The notes beneath the pieces were generated by a model, which saw only the letters and a program-made list of their open reading frames with translations, did not search any database and was not told the origin of the DNA. A DNA stretch of 64,000 bases from a virus. This document shows positions 8,901-18,331 of the stretch, one piece after another. The position numbers were made by a program, and so were the translations under genes. Location: IMG/VR virus record IMGVR_UViG_3300042561_002100, positions 96,001 through 160,000 of that record, one strand, 5' to 3'. Each line of letters begins with the position of its first letter. The stretch's first letter is position 1.

Positions 8901-9454
8901 ACAAATTTGAACAAGCTAGAGATCCAAATACACCACAAGAAGAGTTAGAGCGTCTAGCTACTGATGATGAGTATCTGGTTCGTTGTGGTGTAGCACGAAA
9001 TCCATCCACACCAACAAAAGCCCTAGAACAACTAGCGACTGATAAGTGTGGTAATGCTCGTGAAGGAGTAGCAGATAATCCAAACACTCCACCAGAAATC
9101 CTAGAACAATTAGCGACCGATGAGGATTATTGGGTTCGTTGGAGAGTAGCACATAATCCAAACACACCACCAAAAGCCCTAGAACAACTAGCGACCGATG
9201 AGGATTCTAGTGTTCGTTATTGGGTAGCAGAAAATCCAAACACACCACCAAAAGCTCTAGAACAACTAGAGACCGATGAGAATTCTGATGTTCGTTGGAG
9301 TGTAGCAGATAATCCAAACACACCACCAAAAGCTCTAGAACAACTAGCGACCGATGAGAATTCTGATGTTCGTTGGAGTGTAGCAGATAATCCAAACACT
9401 CCACGCTATCTCAAAAAGTATCTTAAAATTCAAGAACATCTAGCTAAATTATGA
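8897..9454 (+). CDS. HEAT/LRV-like repeat protein, paralog 4 (6 repeats)
   Basis: MNKFEQARDPNTP N-cap, repeats, C-cap. Confidence 0.9.
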   Translation: MNKFEQARDPNTPQEELERLATDDEYLVRCGVARNPSTPTKALEQLATDKCGNAREGVADNPNTPPEILEQLATDEDYWVRWRVAHNPNTPPKALEQLATDEDSSVRYWVAENPNTPPKALEQLETDENSDVRWSVADNPNTPPKALEQLATDENSDVRWSVADNPNTPRYLKKYLKIQEHLAKL

Positions 9455-9771
9455 ACGCTATGGAAAAAGAAGAACAACTTCAAAGATTAGAATCTTATTT
9501 TGATCGTATTAAAAACACTCTTGAATTATGTGGCCCAAGTCAGGAGTTTATTGAAGAAGTAAGAGAACTTTTAGGATTTTCTCATGTAATAAGTGGAGTT
9601 GCTTGCTCAGAATGTGATGGATCCGGATATAAAGTCTATGGTTCTACTGCAGGATGGGCCGGAGGCATTGGTGGACAGACAATAACGACGAGTGTATGTG
9701 ATTGTTGCTGGGGAAGTGGAAGAAGTGATAAAAAATTCGGAGATTTAAGAAAACTTAGATCCATGTCTTAA
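9451..9771 (+). CDS. DnaJ-type zinc-finger protein
   Basis: CSECDGSG and CDCCWGSG (CxxCxGxG) motifs. Confidence 0.6.
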   Translation: MNAMEKEEQLQRLESYFDRIKNTLELCGPSQEFIEEVRELLGFSHVISGVACSECDGSGYKVYGSTAGWAGGIGGQTITTSVCDCCWGSGRSDKKFGDLRKLRSMS

Positions 9772-9782
9772 ATAGTTAAAAC

Positions 9783-10022
9783 GTGTATAATGGAAGAATG
9801 GACCGTTCAACTTTTTTACGCTACATAGGTAACATTTTTCTTATCGTTGGTTATTTCATTCTTCTTCATGTTGATATGACGGCTGGCCTTTTGATAAAAT
9901 GCATCGGTGGTTTCTTGACTGTTCCGTTTGCTGTTAAATACAAACTGTGGGATGTTGTCTTTATATGGGGCTTCTTCAGCTTTATTGAAATCGCCAAAAT
10001 TATTGAATTGCTTACTAAATGA
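9783..10022 (+). CDS. Small membrane protein
   Basis: Three hydrophobic segments. Confidence 0.6.
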   Translation: MYNGRMDRSTFLRYIGNIFLIVGYFILLHVDMTAGLLIKCIGGFLTVPFAVKYKLWDVVFIWGFFSFIEIAKIIELLTK

Positions 10023-10025
10023 ACT

Positions 10026-10823
10026 ATGTTAGCTAATAACTCAATAGGAAATCTCGGGAGACTCGGCAATCAAATGTTTCAATATGCTGCTCTTAGAGGA
10101 ATAGCGGTGGAACATAATTATGAGTATTGTCTTCCACCATTGAATTTCATTGCAACTCAAGATCCTAATTGTGCAACTAGCGATTGCACTATTTTTGATT
10201 GTTTTATGTTACCCGAAGCACCAAGACGACTGCTTTCTGGACCGATTCTAGAAGAATCTTCTTTTGAGTTTGACAATAATCTATGGAATTCGTGTCCTGA
10301 TAACGTTTCTCTTTATGGTTATTTTCAAAGCGAAAAATACTTTAACCATATAAAAGAGAACATAAGAAACTCTTTTCGGTTCAAAGAAACTTCTGAAATA
10401 TCTTATGCTTCTAGTTTCTTTAATGAGGAATTCAATAATACCTCAGTGATCTCCTTACACATTAGAAGAGGAGATTATCTTAAATACACTCATCATCCAA
10501 CTCTTCCGATGAGTTATTATGAAGACGCTCTTAGTCAGTTGCCTGATGTTCCAGTTTTTGTTTTTTCGGATGATGTGAATTGGTGTAAACAAGAAGTGTC
10601 ATTTCGTTCGGATAGATTTTATATTTCAGAATCTAACAGTACGGCAGTTGATCTTTATCTTCAATCCAGATGTAGTCATCATATTATTGCAAACAGTTCC
10701 TTTAGTTGGTGGGGAGCGTGGTTAGCTAAAAGTCAAAAAGTTATTGCACCGAAGCAATGGTTCGGACCACCACTAACACATAATACAAAAGATCTTTACT
10801 GTGAGGATTGGATTCAATGCTAA
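10026..10823 (+). CDS. GT11 alpha-1,2-fucosyltransferase
   Basis: GRLGNQMFQYA, GYFQSEKYF, LHIRRGDY, IIANSSFSWWGAWL. Confidence 0.92.
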   Translation: MLANNSIGNLGRLGNQMFQYAALRGIAVEHNYEYCLPPLNFIATQDPNCATSDCTIFDCFMLPEAPRRLLSGPILEESSFEFDNNLWNSCPDNVSLYGYFQSEKYFNHIKENIRNSFRFKETSEISYASSFFNEEFNNTSVISLHIRRGDYLKYTHHPTLPMSYYEDALSQLPDVPVFVFSDDVNWCKQEVSFRSDRFYISESNSTAVDLYLQSRCSHHIIANSSFSWWGAWLAKSQKVIAPKQWFGPPLTHNTKDLYCEDWIQC

Positions 10824-11434
10824 TTTCATTATCTGAAATGATAACAAAATATAATATGAATATTCGGGGTGTTATTCATATTGGCGCTCATTATGGCGAA
10901 GAGGTTCCCGAATACATTAAAAATGGAATTTCTGAACTTCATCTGTTTGAACCTCTGTCGGAAAACTATAAAATTTTAAGGAATAATCTCCAAGACCTAA
11001 AGATTAATTGGGCAACTTATCACTGTGCATTGGGAAATAAAAACGAAAGAGTTACAATGTTTGTTAGTGATAACCAACAACAAAGTAGCTCAATTCTTTC
11101 ACCGAAAGATCATCTAACACATCATCCAAATGTGAGATTTCCTACAACGGAAGAAGTTTTAGTCACTACTTTGGACTCTCAAGAAATTGAAAATTGTAAC
11201 TTCATTAATATGGATGTGCAGGGTTATGAGTTGGAAGTTCTTAAAGGTGCATCTAAAACTTTAGAACATGTTGAATATGTTTATTGTGAAGTCAATAGAG
11301 CCGAAGTTTATGAAAATAATGCTTTCGTAGAAGAGATTGATGAGTTCCTTTCTCAATACAATATGATCAGAGTGGAAACAGATTGGGCAGGAGAAATCTG
11401 GGGTGATGCACTTTATGTGAGAACCGAGAGATGA
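10808..11434 (+). CDS. FkbM-family methyltransferase
   Basis: IHIGAHYGEE, FEP, MDVQGYELEVLKGA. Confidence 0.9.
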   Translation: MDSMLISLSEMITKYNMNIRGVIHIGAHYGEEVPEYIKNGISELHLFEPLSENYKILRNNLQDLKINWATYHCALGNKNERVTMFVSDNQQQSSSILSPKDHLTHHPNVRFPTTEEVLVTTLDSQEIENCNFINMDVQGYELEVLKGASKTLEHVEYVYCEVNRAEVYENNAFVEEIDEFLSQYNMIRVETDWAGEIWGDALYVRTER

Positions 11435-12069
11435 AAACTTTAAATGATTATTTTGATGAGATTTATTGTATTAATCTTGATAGACGAGTAGATCGTTGGA
11501 AACAAGTAGAACAAGAGTTTATTAAACATTCAATAACAGTTAATCGTTATTCTGCTATTGATGGTCAAGAACTCAATATGGGATTATTTTCATATTCAAC
11601 AAACTTTGAGACTCCCGGACAATTAGCGTGTTTTATCTCACACTACAATATCATAAAAACTGCAAGATATAAAAATCTTTCTTCTGTTCTTATTCTTGAA
11701 GATGATGTCGTATTTTCTGAAAATTTTGATTCTCAATTAGAGCAGAAGATGCCAGATGTTCCCGAAAATTGGGATATGCTTTTCTTTGGTGCCAATCATA
11801 TTAGTGGTCCGATCCGAATCACAGATAATGTTTATAAGATGACAAGAGCTTATTCTGCACACTGTTATGCGATTAAGAATACGATGTTTGATATTCTTCT
11901 AGAACATCTTTGTCAATTCCGAGAACCTCTAGATGTCGTTTATGCTAATTTACAATCATCTATCAATTCTTATGTTCTTAATCCTCATTTAGTATGGCAG
12001 AATCCTGGATATTCTGATATCTGCGAACAGTCAGTAGATTATACACACGTTCATAAAATTTCATTTTGA
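11431..12069 (+). CDS. GT25 (LPS biosynthesis-type) glycosyltransferase
   Basis: CINLDRRVDRW, SAIDG, ACFISH, LILEDD. Confidence 0.85.
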   Translation: MKTLNDYFDEIYCINLDRRVDRWKQVEQEFIKHSITVNRYSAIDGQELNMGLFSYSTNFETPGQLACFISHYNIIKTARYKNLSSVLILEDDVVFSENFDSQLEQKMPDVPENWDMLFFGANHISGPIRITDNVYKMTRAYSAHCYAIKNTMFDILLEHLCQFREPLDVVYANLQSSINSYVLNPHLVWQNPGYSDICEQSVDYTHVHKISF

Positions 12070-12716
12070 CTATGTACGATAACGTAACACTCGTTTTAAC
12101 AAGTTGTGGAAGATTAGATCTTCTAGAACAAACTATCAATTCAATTAGTAAAGGTGTATTGTATAATATTCCAACAAAAATTATTGTAGACGATTCTACA
12201 GACCCCGAAGTTTATAAAAATATCAAAAAAGCTTCTTATTTAAGAGGATGGAAGAAAATTCTCAATAAAGAAAAATTGGGACAAGCTGCTTCTATTGACA
12301 GTGCTTATGCTTATGTCAAGACCGATTATGTCTTCCATTGCGAAGATGATTGGCATTTTGATGACTTTGATTTTGTTGGTCCATCATTGAGTATTCTGGA
12401 GAAATATGATAATCTGGTTCAAGTGACCTTCAGAAAAGATTCACCTCATCCTACACATGAAGAGATCTACGAAAAAGAGGAAAATCCTTTTAAGGTTCTG
12501 ATTCCAGGATATAATGGGTGGCCAGGATTTACTTATAATCCAAATATCTTTCGTTTTTCTGCATATAAAAAATTGGGTTCTTGTGCTGGAATGTCTGAAA
12601 AAGATGTTGGAATCTTTTATAAAGATAATCAACTTTATACTGCTGCACTTGAGACTCGTGTTGTCTCTCATCTTGGTGATGGCAGACACGTTTATGATAC
12701 AATTAGCGGAGTTTGA
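12066..12716 (+). CDS. GT-A fold glycosyltransferase (GT2-like)
   Basis: TSCGRLDLL, IVDDS, FHCEDDW, FTYNP. Confidence 0.75.
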   Translation: MTMYDNVTLVLTSCGRLDLLEQTINSISKGVLYNIPTKIIVDDSTDPEVYKNIKKASYLRGWKKILNKEKLGQAASIDSAYAYVKTDYVFHCEDDWHFDDFDFVGPSLSILEKYDNLVQVTFRKDSPHPTHEEIYEKEENPFKVLIPGYNGWPGFTYNPNIFRFSAYKKLGSCAGMSEKDVGIFYKDNQLYTAALETRVVSHLGDGRHVYDTISGV

Positions 12717-12719
12717 ATT

Positions 12720-13475
12720 ATGAAAAAGGTTGCAGCCTTGATGATGGTAAAAGATGAGATTGATATTATTGAACAAAATATTCACTATCTTTTAACTCAA
12801 AATCTTGATTTTGTGTGTGTCTATGATAACGGTTCAACCGATGGAACACGACAGAAGTTAGACGACTTAGCTTATTTTTATGAAGAGGAATTATTGGTAT
12901 TTGATGATCCAGAAACAGGATATTATCAATCAACGAAGATGAATAATTGGGCAAACGAACTCTTTCAAGATGATGTAGATGTTGTTATTCCTATTGATGC
13001 TGATGAGATTTGGTACTCAAAGAATCCAAATTATACTCTAGGTGAAATCATAAGAAATACTGATGCAGATATTTTTGTTGCAGATTCGGTGGATTATATT
13101 CCAACTGTTTTTGATGACTTTAATGAGAGAAATTTTATTCAAAGAATGAAACAACGAAAAGTCAATTCAAATTCTTTTTCAGCCGTTGCATTTAATTATA
13201 GTCCGGGATTTTATCTTGAAATGGGTAACCATGATGTGCATAATCATTCGGGAAAAAGAGTTCACGATAAAATTGGTATTCGGCATTATCAATATCGTAC
13301 TTTTGACCAATTTGCAAAAAAAGTTCGCAATGGAAAGAAAGCATATGATGCAACAACTCTTCCTGATTTTATGGGAAGCCACTGGAGAAAACTGGGTGCG
13401 ATGGATGATTCTGAACTCAGAAAATACTGGGTGGATTATTGTTCGGTAGAAACTGTTGAGGATCCAGTTGTATGA
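12720..13475 (+). CDS. GT2-like glycosyltransferase
   Basis: MVKDEIDII, YDNGSTDGT, IDADE, HYQYRT. Confidence 0.85.
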   Translation: MKKVAALMMVKDEIDIIEQNIHYLLTQNLDFVCVYDNGSTDGTRQKLDDLAYFYEEELLVFDDPETGYYQSTKMNNWANELFQDDVDVVIPIDADEIWYSKNPNYTLGEIIRNTDADIFVADSVDYIPTVFDDFNERNFIQRMKQRKVNSNSFSAVAFNYSPGFYLEMGNHDVHNHSGKRVHDKIGIRHYQYRTFDQFAKKVRNGKKAYDATTLPDFMGSHWRKLGAMDDSELRKYWVDYCSVETVEDPVV

Positions 13476-14173
13476 CTAGATTATCAATAGCTATTCCAAC
13501 ATATAATTATCATGGTAAAGGTGAACAGTTTCTTGACGATCTTCTAAGAACTATCCAGATACAAACTTTTAAGGATTTTGAGGTAGTTATATCAGACCAT
13601 AGCGAAGACGAAAATATCAAAAGCAAGGCAGAGGAGTATTCAGATTTTTTCTCCGTCAAATACCTTACAAACACTGAAAAGCGTGGTAACAGTCCTGCTA
13701 ACTTGAATCATGCAATTTCTCACTGCACTGGAGAAATTATCAAGCCTATGTTTCAAGATGATTTCTTTTATGATGATGAGGCATTAGCCAAGATTTATTA
13801 TAATCTAGCTGGAGATCGCAATAAATTCTGGCTTCTTAACGGAACTAATCATACGAGAGATAACGGCCACACATTTTTCTGGAATCTTTTTCCGAGATTT
13901 AATCCGAATCTTCTAACTGGAGTAAACACAATAAGTTCACCATCTGTTGTTGCATATAAGAGAGAAGTTGAAATTAAATTTGATGAAGATTTGGTTTACT
14001 TGATGGATATTGATTTTTATTATAATATGAGAGAAACTTATGGTGAACCAATTTATTATGATGATATCTTGGTAACAAATAGAATTCATCCTGATAGCAT
14101 CTCTAGCACATTAAAAAACAGAGATGAATTACTTCAAAAAGAATCCATTTATTGTAAAGAAAAATATGATTGA
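13472..14173 (+). CDS. GT2 glycosyltransferase
   Basis: IAIPTY, VVISDHS, MFQDD, LMDID. Confidence 0.85.
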   Translation: MTRLSIAIPTYNYHGKGEQFLDDLLRTIQIQTFKDFEVVISDHSEDENIKSKAEEYSDFFSVKYLTNTEKRGNSPANLNHAISHCTGEIIKPMFQDDFFYDDEALAKIYYNLAGDRNKFWLLNGTNHTRDNGHTFFWNLFPRFNPNLLTGVNTISSPSVVAYKREVEIKFDEDLVYLMDIDFYYNMRETYGEPIYYDDILVTNRIHPDSISSTLKNRDELLQKESIYCKEKYD

Positions 14174-14750
14174 TTTTATTGTACCTAGTATTGGGCGAGA
14201 AACAATTACTCGTTCATTAAATTCGTTGATCCAACAAACTGATTCAGATTGGAGATGTTTTGTTGGATTTGATGGTTTATCAAAAGATCAGATTGATTCC
14301 GATCTTCTGATTGATGATTCAAGAATTCACTATCTCTATTTGAAAGAAAAATTGGGAACCTCATCTTTTCATGGTAATGCTGGAAGAGTGAGAAATAAGA
14401 TTATTGAATCTATTGACACTCCATCTGAATGGATTGGATTTCTGGATGACGATGACTCTCTTTCATCATATTATGTTGAAATTTTAAAACGACAGATGAC
14501 ATTAGATGAATCAGATTGTTATGTGTTTCGTATGAATAATAATGGTGTAATTATTCCATCTTATGATATGAATGAACTGCGGCAGAATCATGTCGGTATT
14601 TCCTTTTGTCTTAAAAGTTCATTCTTGAGACAAAAAAATCTTCAATTCCAGAATGATAATGCCGAAGATTTTCTGTTTTTACAGAACATTAAAGAACAAG
14701 ATGGTGTTATTAACATTCTTCCTTATGTCGGTTATTTTGTGGGAATCTAA
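14124..14750 (+). CDS. GT2-like glycosyltransferase (start probably ATG near 14166)
   Basis: FIVPSIGR, FLDDDD, AEDF. Confidence 0.75.
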   Translation: MNYFKKNPFIVKKNMIDFIVPSIGRETITRSLNSLIQQTDSDWRCFVGFDGLSKDQIDSDLLIDDSRIHYLYLKEKLGTSSFHGNAGRVRNKIIESIDTPSEWIGFLDDDDSLSSYYVEILKRQMTLDESDCYVFRMNNNGVIIPSYDMNELRQNHVGISFCLKSSFLRQKNLQFQNDNAEDFLFLQNIKEQDGVINILPYVGYFVGI

Positions 14751-15538
14751 TGGACAGAAACAAAGCATCATATAAACTTCAGGGATTTGGTCCGGTTTAT
14801 TATATTAATCTTGATGATCAAGAAGATCGGAGAACTTTTATGGAAGCTCAGTTTAACTACTGGGAGATAAAAAACTATGAGAGAATTTCGGCCTTTGATG
14901 GTAGAAACAGTGATTTAAGTGAATATATTGTTGGAAAATATCCAGAAGGAATCACAACAGCGGAACTTGGTTGTACTCTTTCACATTTGAAAGCTATTAA
15001 ACATTGGTATGAGACTTCTACGAGTCCTTATGCTATTATTTGTGAAGATGATGGTCTTATTGACATTTCGAAATATTGGAATTTTACATGGCAAGAATTT
15101 ATCTCTAGAGTTCCTTATTGTTGGGATTGTCTGCAGCTGGCAATAATCTCAACGGGGAATATTTCGGTGAATATTCATAATCGCTTTGTCAACAGTTTTT
15201 CAACTGCGGTTTATTGTATTAACCGTCGTTATGCCGAAAAGTTGATTCATTTTCATTGTAGAGGTGATAAGTTCATCTTGGATCAAAATATTAAACCGAG
15301 AGCTGTTGCCGACGATTTAATCTATAATGGTGGTCTGACATTTTCAACACCTTTATTTCTTTATGAGTTGCGTCTTGGTAGTTCTATTCACGATGAACAT
15401 ATTGAGGTGTTTCATAAAAATTCTTATAATGGAGTTCTTGCTTTCTGGCAGAATGAAGGAAAGGAACTAACAGTAGATCAGATCACTAATTTTGATCCTT
15501 ACTTCAATAAGATCAGTAATCCAACTCCGACCGAGTGA
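14750..15538 (+). CDS. GT25-like glycosyltransferase (cyanophage type)
   Basis: YINLDDQEDRR, SAFDG, GCTLSH, ICEDD. Confidence 0.8.
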   Translation: MDRNKASYKLQGFGPVYYINLDDQEDRRTFMEAQFNYWEIKNYERISAFDGRNSDLSEYIVGKYPEGITTAELGCTLSHLKAIKHWYETSTSPYAIICEDDGLIDISKYWNFTWQEFISRVPYCWDCLQLAIISTGNISVNIHNRFVNSFSTAVYCINRRYAEKLIHFHCRGDKFILDQNIKPRAVADDLIYNGGLTFSTPLFLYELRLGSSIHDEHIEVFHKNSYNGVLAFWQNEGKELTVDQITNFDPYFNKISNPTPTE

Positions 15539-15587
15539 CAATTCGTAAACTGGACCGCTTGACAAACGGTTGTTCCTATGCTACGGT
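15536..15587 (+). promoter_or_regulatory. Palindromic element (TGACA-N10-TGGAC) plus sigma70-type promoter TTGACA-17-TACGGT
   Basis: -35 at 15559-15564, extended -10 at 15582; a late motif CTAAATA follows at 15612-15618. Confidence 0.7.
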
Positions 15588-15644
15588 GTACCCGAACCTC
15601 AAAAGTTCAAACTAAATACTTATTCGTAATGAATGAGTGAAATC

Positions 15645-15720
15645 TAAGAGCCGTGGATGTTGGCCTTCTGGGAAGTTGGCAGTGACACTTCATCTAACAC
15701 GGATGCCGAATTCTATTCAA
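15645..15720 (+). ncRNA. Candidate structured 5' leader of rlpA
   Basis: Nested pairings CCGTG/CACGG, GATG/CATC, GCC/GGC, CTTC/GAAG in a leader of about 130 nt. Confidence 0.45.
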
Positions 15721-15724
15721 ATTA

Positions 15725-16192
15725 ATGCTTTTTAACAAAACAATTTCAACTCTTCTTGCTTGTGGTATGGTTGGAGCCGCAACGATGACTCCCACAATTT
15801 CACAAGCAATTTCAGTATCTACCTACATCCCCGAGCAATACACTCAGGATTCTAAATGGGAGAAAAGATTTACACCACAACAACCAACTTATAAAGTTCC
15901 TCTCGCTAGTGTTTATTTTGGTCAAGCAAGTTGGTATGGTCCTGGATTTTATGGTAACCGAACTGCCAATGGTGAAGTGTATCGTCCAGGAAGAATGACA
16001 GCGGCACATAAATATCTGCCATTCGGAACTCGCGTAAGAGTAACTAACCGTTATAATGGTAGAAGTGCTATCGTTAGAATCAATGATCGTGGTCCCTATG
16101 TGGGTGGTCGTGTTATTGATCTTTCTGAAGCTGCAGCTAATGTTCTAGGTGTTGATGGTGTTGCATCTGTAAAACTGGAAGTGTTGGATTGA
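15725..16192 (+). CDS. rlpA: RlpA-like lytic transglycosylase (DPBB domain) with signal peptide
   Basis: GQASWYGPGFYGNRTANGE, TAAHKYLPFGTRVRVTN, INDRGPY, IDLS. Confidence 0.93.
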   Translation: MLFNKTISTLLACGMVGAATMTPTISQAISVSTYIPEQYTQDSKWEKRFTPQQPTYKVPLASVYFGQASWYGPGFYGNRTANGEVYRPGRMTAAHKYLPFGTRVRVTNRYNGRSAIVRINDRGPYVGGRVIDLSEAAANVLGVDGVASVKLEVLD

Positions 16193-16193
16193 G

Positions 16194-16649
16194 ATGTTTT
16201 ATCAAATAGAAGACGTAAAATTTATTGAACCTGATTATTATCAGGTCTTTACTGAAAACCGAAACAAATTTAATCAATTCAATGGTTATCGCAACAACTG
16301 CGCTAACACCGTAAAAACTTATCTTTCTCTTATTGGTCTGGATACATCAAAAGTGACTGCCTGGGCGGATACTGTTCGCAATCTTGGTCAAGTTCTTTAT
16401 GATCCAGATAAACTTCAAGAAGGTGATGTTGTTGCAATGGGCCGCCCCGGCAATACTTGGCATGTGGGAGTTTATTTGGGAGAAGGAAAGATTCTTCATC
16501 AATCTGCGATGAGAGGTTATGTTGTTGGAGCATTCAAAGATCTCAATGCCTTCATTCGTGATCGCCGAGGCTTTTATATCGTAAGACCTTATAATTCTTA
16601 TAATGACATCTTACAAGGTCAATTTTACTTATTTCCCCAACTAACATAA
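16194..16649 (+). CDS. NlpC/P60-family peptidoglycan hydrolase
   Basis: NNCA catalytic Cys, GDVV, HVGVYLGEGKILHQS. Confidence 0.75.
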   Translation: MFYQIEDVKFIEPDYYQVFTENRNKFNQFNGYRNNCANTVKTYLSLIGLDTSKVTAWADTVRNLGQVLYDPDKLQEGDVVAMGRPGNTWHVGVYLGEGKILHQSAMRGYVVGAFKDLNAFIRDRRGFYIVRPYNSYNDILQGQFYLFPQLT

Positions 16650-17144
16650 ATGAAAGAAGCAACATTATATACGATTAATACTACTAAAGTAATGATTGTT
16701 CGGGATGATTATGTCACAGTTTCTGGTTGTAATCCTGTAGATTTAACAAAATGTGCTAAAGTGGGCATTGGTGAATTTCTAATCGCTCCCATGTATTCTA
16801 AAATTGATTTGCCACTTTATAGAATTAACAGAGTAATACAACCCACACAACCATTCATTAACTCGTGTCCTAGTGATATCCCAAAAACTAAAGAATTTTT
16901 TATTGCAATTGAACCAGCTCTCGCCGAAATTTTAGAAGCACCTTATTCTAGTAAGATGTCCCGTATATCAAATGAGTTATTTAAAATTGAAGAGCAGTAC
17001 AAAAAATCCACTGAAGAATGTGAATTTTGGAAGAGTGAGTGTGAAAGAATTAAAACACAAGCACATGGAGAAATTGAAGCTCTTAAAAACCAATCACTTA
17101 AACAAAAACTCGTTTCTTTAGTGAGACAGATTTTCAATAAATAA
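16650..17144 (+). CDS. Hypothetical protein with C-terminal coiled coil
   Basis: 164-aa ORF. Confidence 0.6.
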   Translation: MKEATLYTINTTKVMIVRDDYVTVSGCNPVDLTKCAKVGIGEFLIAPMYSKIDLPLYRINRVIQPTQPFINSCPSDIPKTKEFFIAIEPALAEILEAPYSSKMSRISNELFKIEEQYKKSTEECEFWKSECERIKTQAHGEIEALKNQSLKQKLVSLVRQIFNK

Positions 17145-17156
17145 GAAAAACGCTTC

Positions 17157-17450
17157 TTGTTTATGATCGGCTTTATTACGAAGGATGGATATGCAGCAGT
17201 TCCTTATGGTAAACAATTAATGATAATTTTTAACAACGAACAGTTAGAAGTTGTTAAGACGATTAAACAAGCAGAGTTATTCATCAATAATCATAAAGCC
17301 GGTCCACAAACTGCCACACCAAAACTCAGAACACCTAAAAAATCTGCTATGGTAGACGCTACTGATATAAAAACTCAAAATGGAAAAGAAAAGAGTAGTA
17401 AAATTAAGACAAGCAAAAGCAACTCAAGACGAAGTAAAAAACTTGTGTGA
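17157..17450 (+). CDS. Conserved cyanophage hypothetical protein
   Basis: GFITKDGYAAVPYGKQLMII motif. Confidence 0.6.
   Translation: MFMIGFITKDGYAAVPYGKQLMIIFNNEQLEVVKTIKQAELFINNHKAGPQTATPKLRTPKKSAMVDATDIKTQNGKEKSSKIKTSKSNSRRSKKLV
17297..17353 (+). promoter_or_regulatory. Intragenic copy of the palindromic element (right arm AAACTGCCAC) plus TG-C-TATGGT
   Basis: Right arm at 17312, -10 at 17348 (36 nt), upstream of ATG 17380. Confidence 0.5.
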
Positions 17451-17733
17451 GTTCTTGAATATGATTGATGAAGTTCTACATTTAAGAACATACACGAGCG
17501 AAGACGAAGAAACAGAAAAAATTCCAACAAATGATAGATTCGTAGAACTTATTGAACAGTTTTGGTGTGGTGATCTTATTAATATAACAACTGGAATCAG
17601 TAATTCATGGAGAAGAATTGTCTTTGGATATGTGACACTTTTTGACAATGCATGTGATCCAAATTCTGAATTTCTAGAGTGGAGAGAAGACATCGCGGAA
17701 TTTCTTGAGAATAAAAATGACGATACCAATTGA
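17380..17733 (+). CDS. Hypothetical protein
   Basis: 117-aa ORF after the promoter. Confidence 0.55.
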   Translation: MEKKRVVKLRQAKATQDEVKNLCEFLNMIDEVLHLRTYTSEDEETEKIPTNDRFVELIEQFWCGDLINITTGISNSWRRIVFGYVTLFDNACDPNSEFLEWREDIAEFLENKNDDTN

Positions 17734-17920
17734 AGAATATCACGCTCTTTCTAATACCATGAGACTTCTTTATGAACTCGTTGATCCCAAAAAATCTCCT
17801 GATGTTCCTAAAAATATTAGAAACAAAGCTGCTCTTTGTCTGAGACATTTTCCAACACCGGTAAGACTTGACGAGATTTACCAATCCGAATCTTACAATA
17901 AAATTCCAAAGAGATACTAA
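17717..17920 (+). CDS. Conserved phage hypothetical protein
   Basis: MTIPIEEY...IRNKAALCLRHFP motif. Confidence 0.6.
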   Translation: MTIPIEEYHALSNTMRLLYELVDPKKSPDVPKNIRNKAALCLRHFPTPVRLDEIYQSESYNKIPKRY

Positions 17921-17921
17921 A

Positions 17922-18083
17922 ATGGAATTTCTTTTAGCAACAACTATTACCTGTGCTCATCTTAATGCCATTCTGATTCGTTTATATCGGAATTTGGATC
18001 TAACACCGATTCAGAAAATGGAAGTCGCTAAAGAATTAAAAAGCTACATCAAAATCTGTCCTATAGAAATCAAAAAAGACTGA
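17922..18083 (+). CDS. Small cyanophage hypothetical protein
   Basis: MEFLLATTITC...CP motif. Confidence 0.55.
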   Translation: MEFLLATTITCAHLNAILIRLYRNLDLTPIQKMEVAKELKSYIKICPIEIKKD

Positions 18084-18331
18084 TGAACTCACTCTACTAT
18101 TATGGCCTTCTGTCAGTATTCTGTGTTGTTGTCTATATGATGGTAGTAGATAAAAACGTGGCGGATTATATAGTTCTTATGTTTAAGCTTTTTCTTATTA
18201 ATGTTGAAAGATTAAAGTGGCTGATCATTCATCATCCTAAAAATCCTATTACGAGATGGTGGATGGATCGTAAGTTCAAAAAGTTTATCAAAGAGATGCA
18301 GGACACTTCACAAACTGGTCCATCTGAGTGA
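18083..18331 (+). CDS. Conserved cyanophage membrane protein
   Basis: N-terminal TM segment, HPKNPITRWWM. Confidence 0.6.
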   Translation: MNSLYYYGLLSVFCVVVYMMVVDKNVADYIVLMFKLFLINVERLKWLIIHHPKNPITRWWMDRKFKKFIKEMQDTSQTGPSE

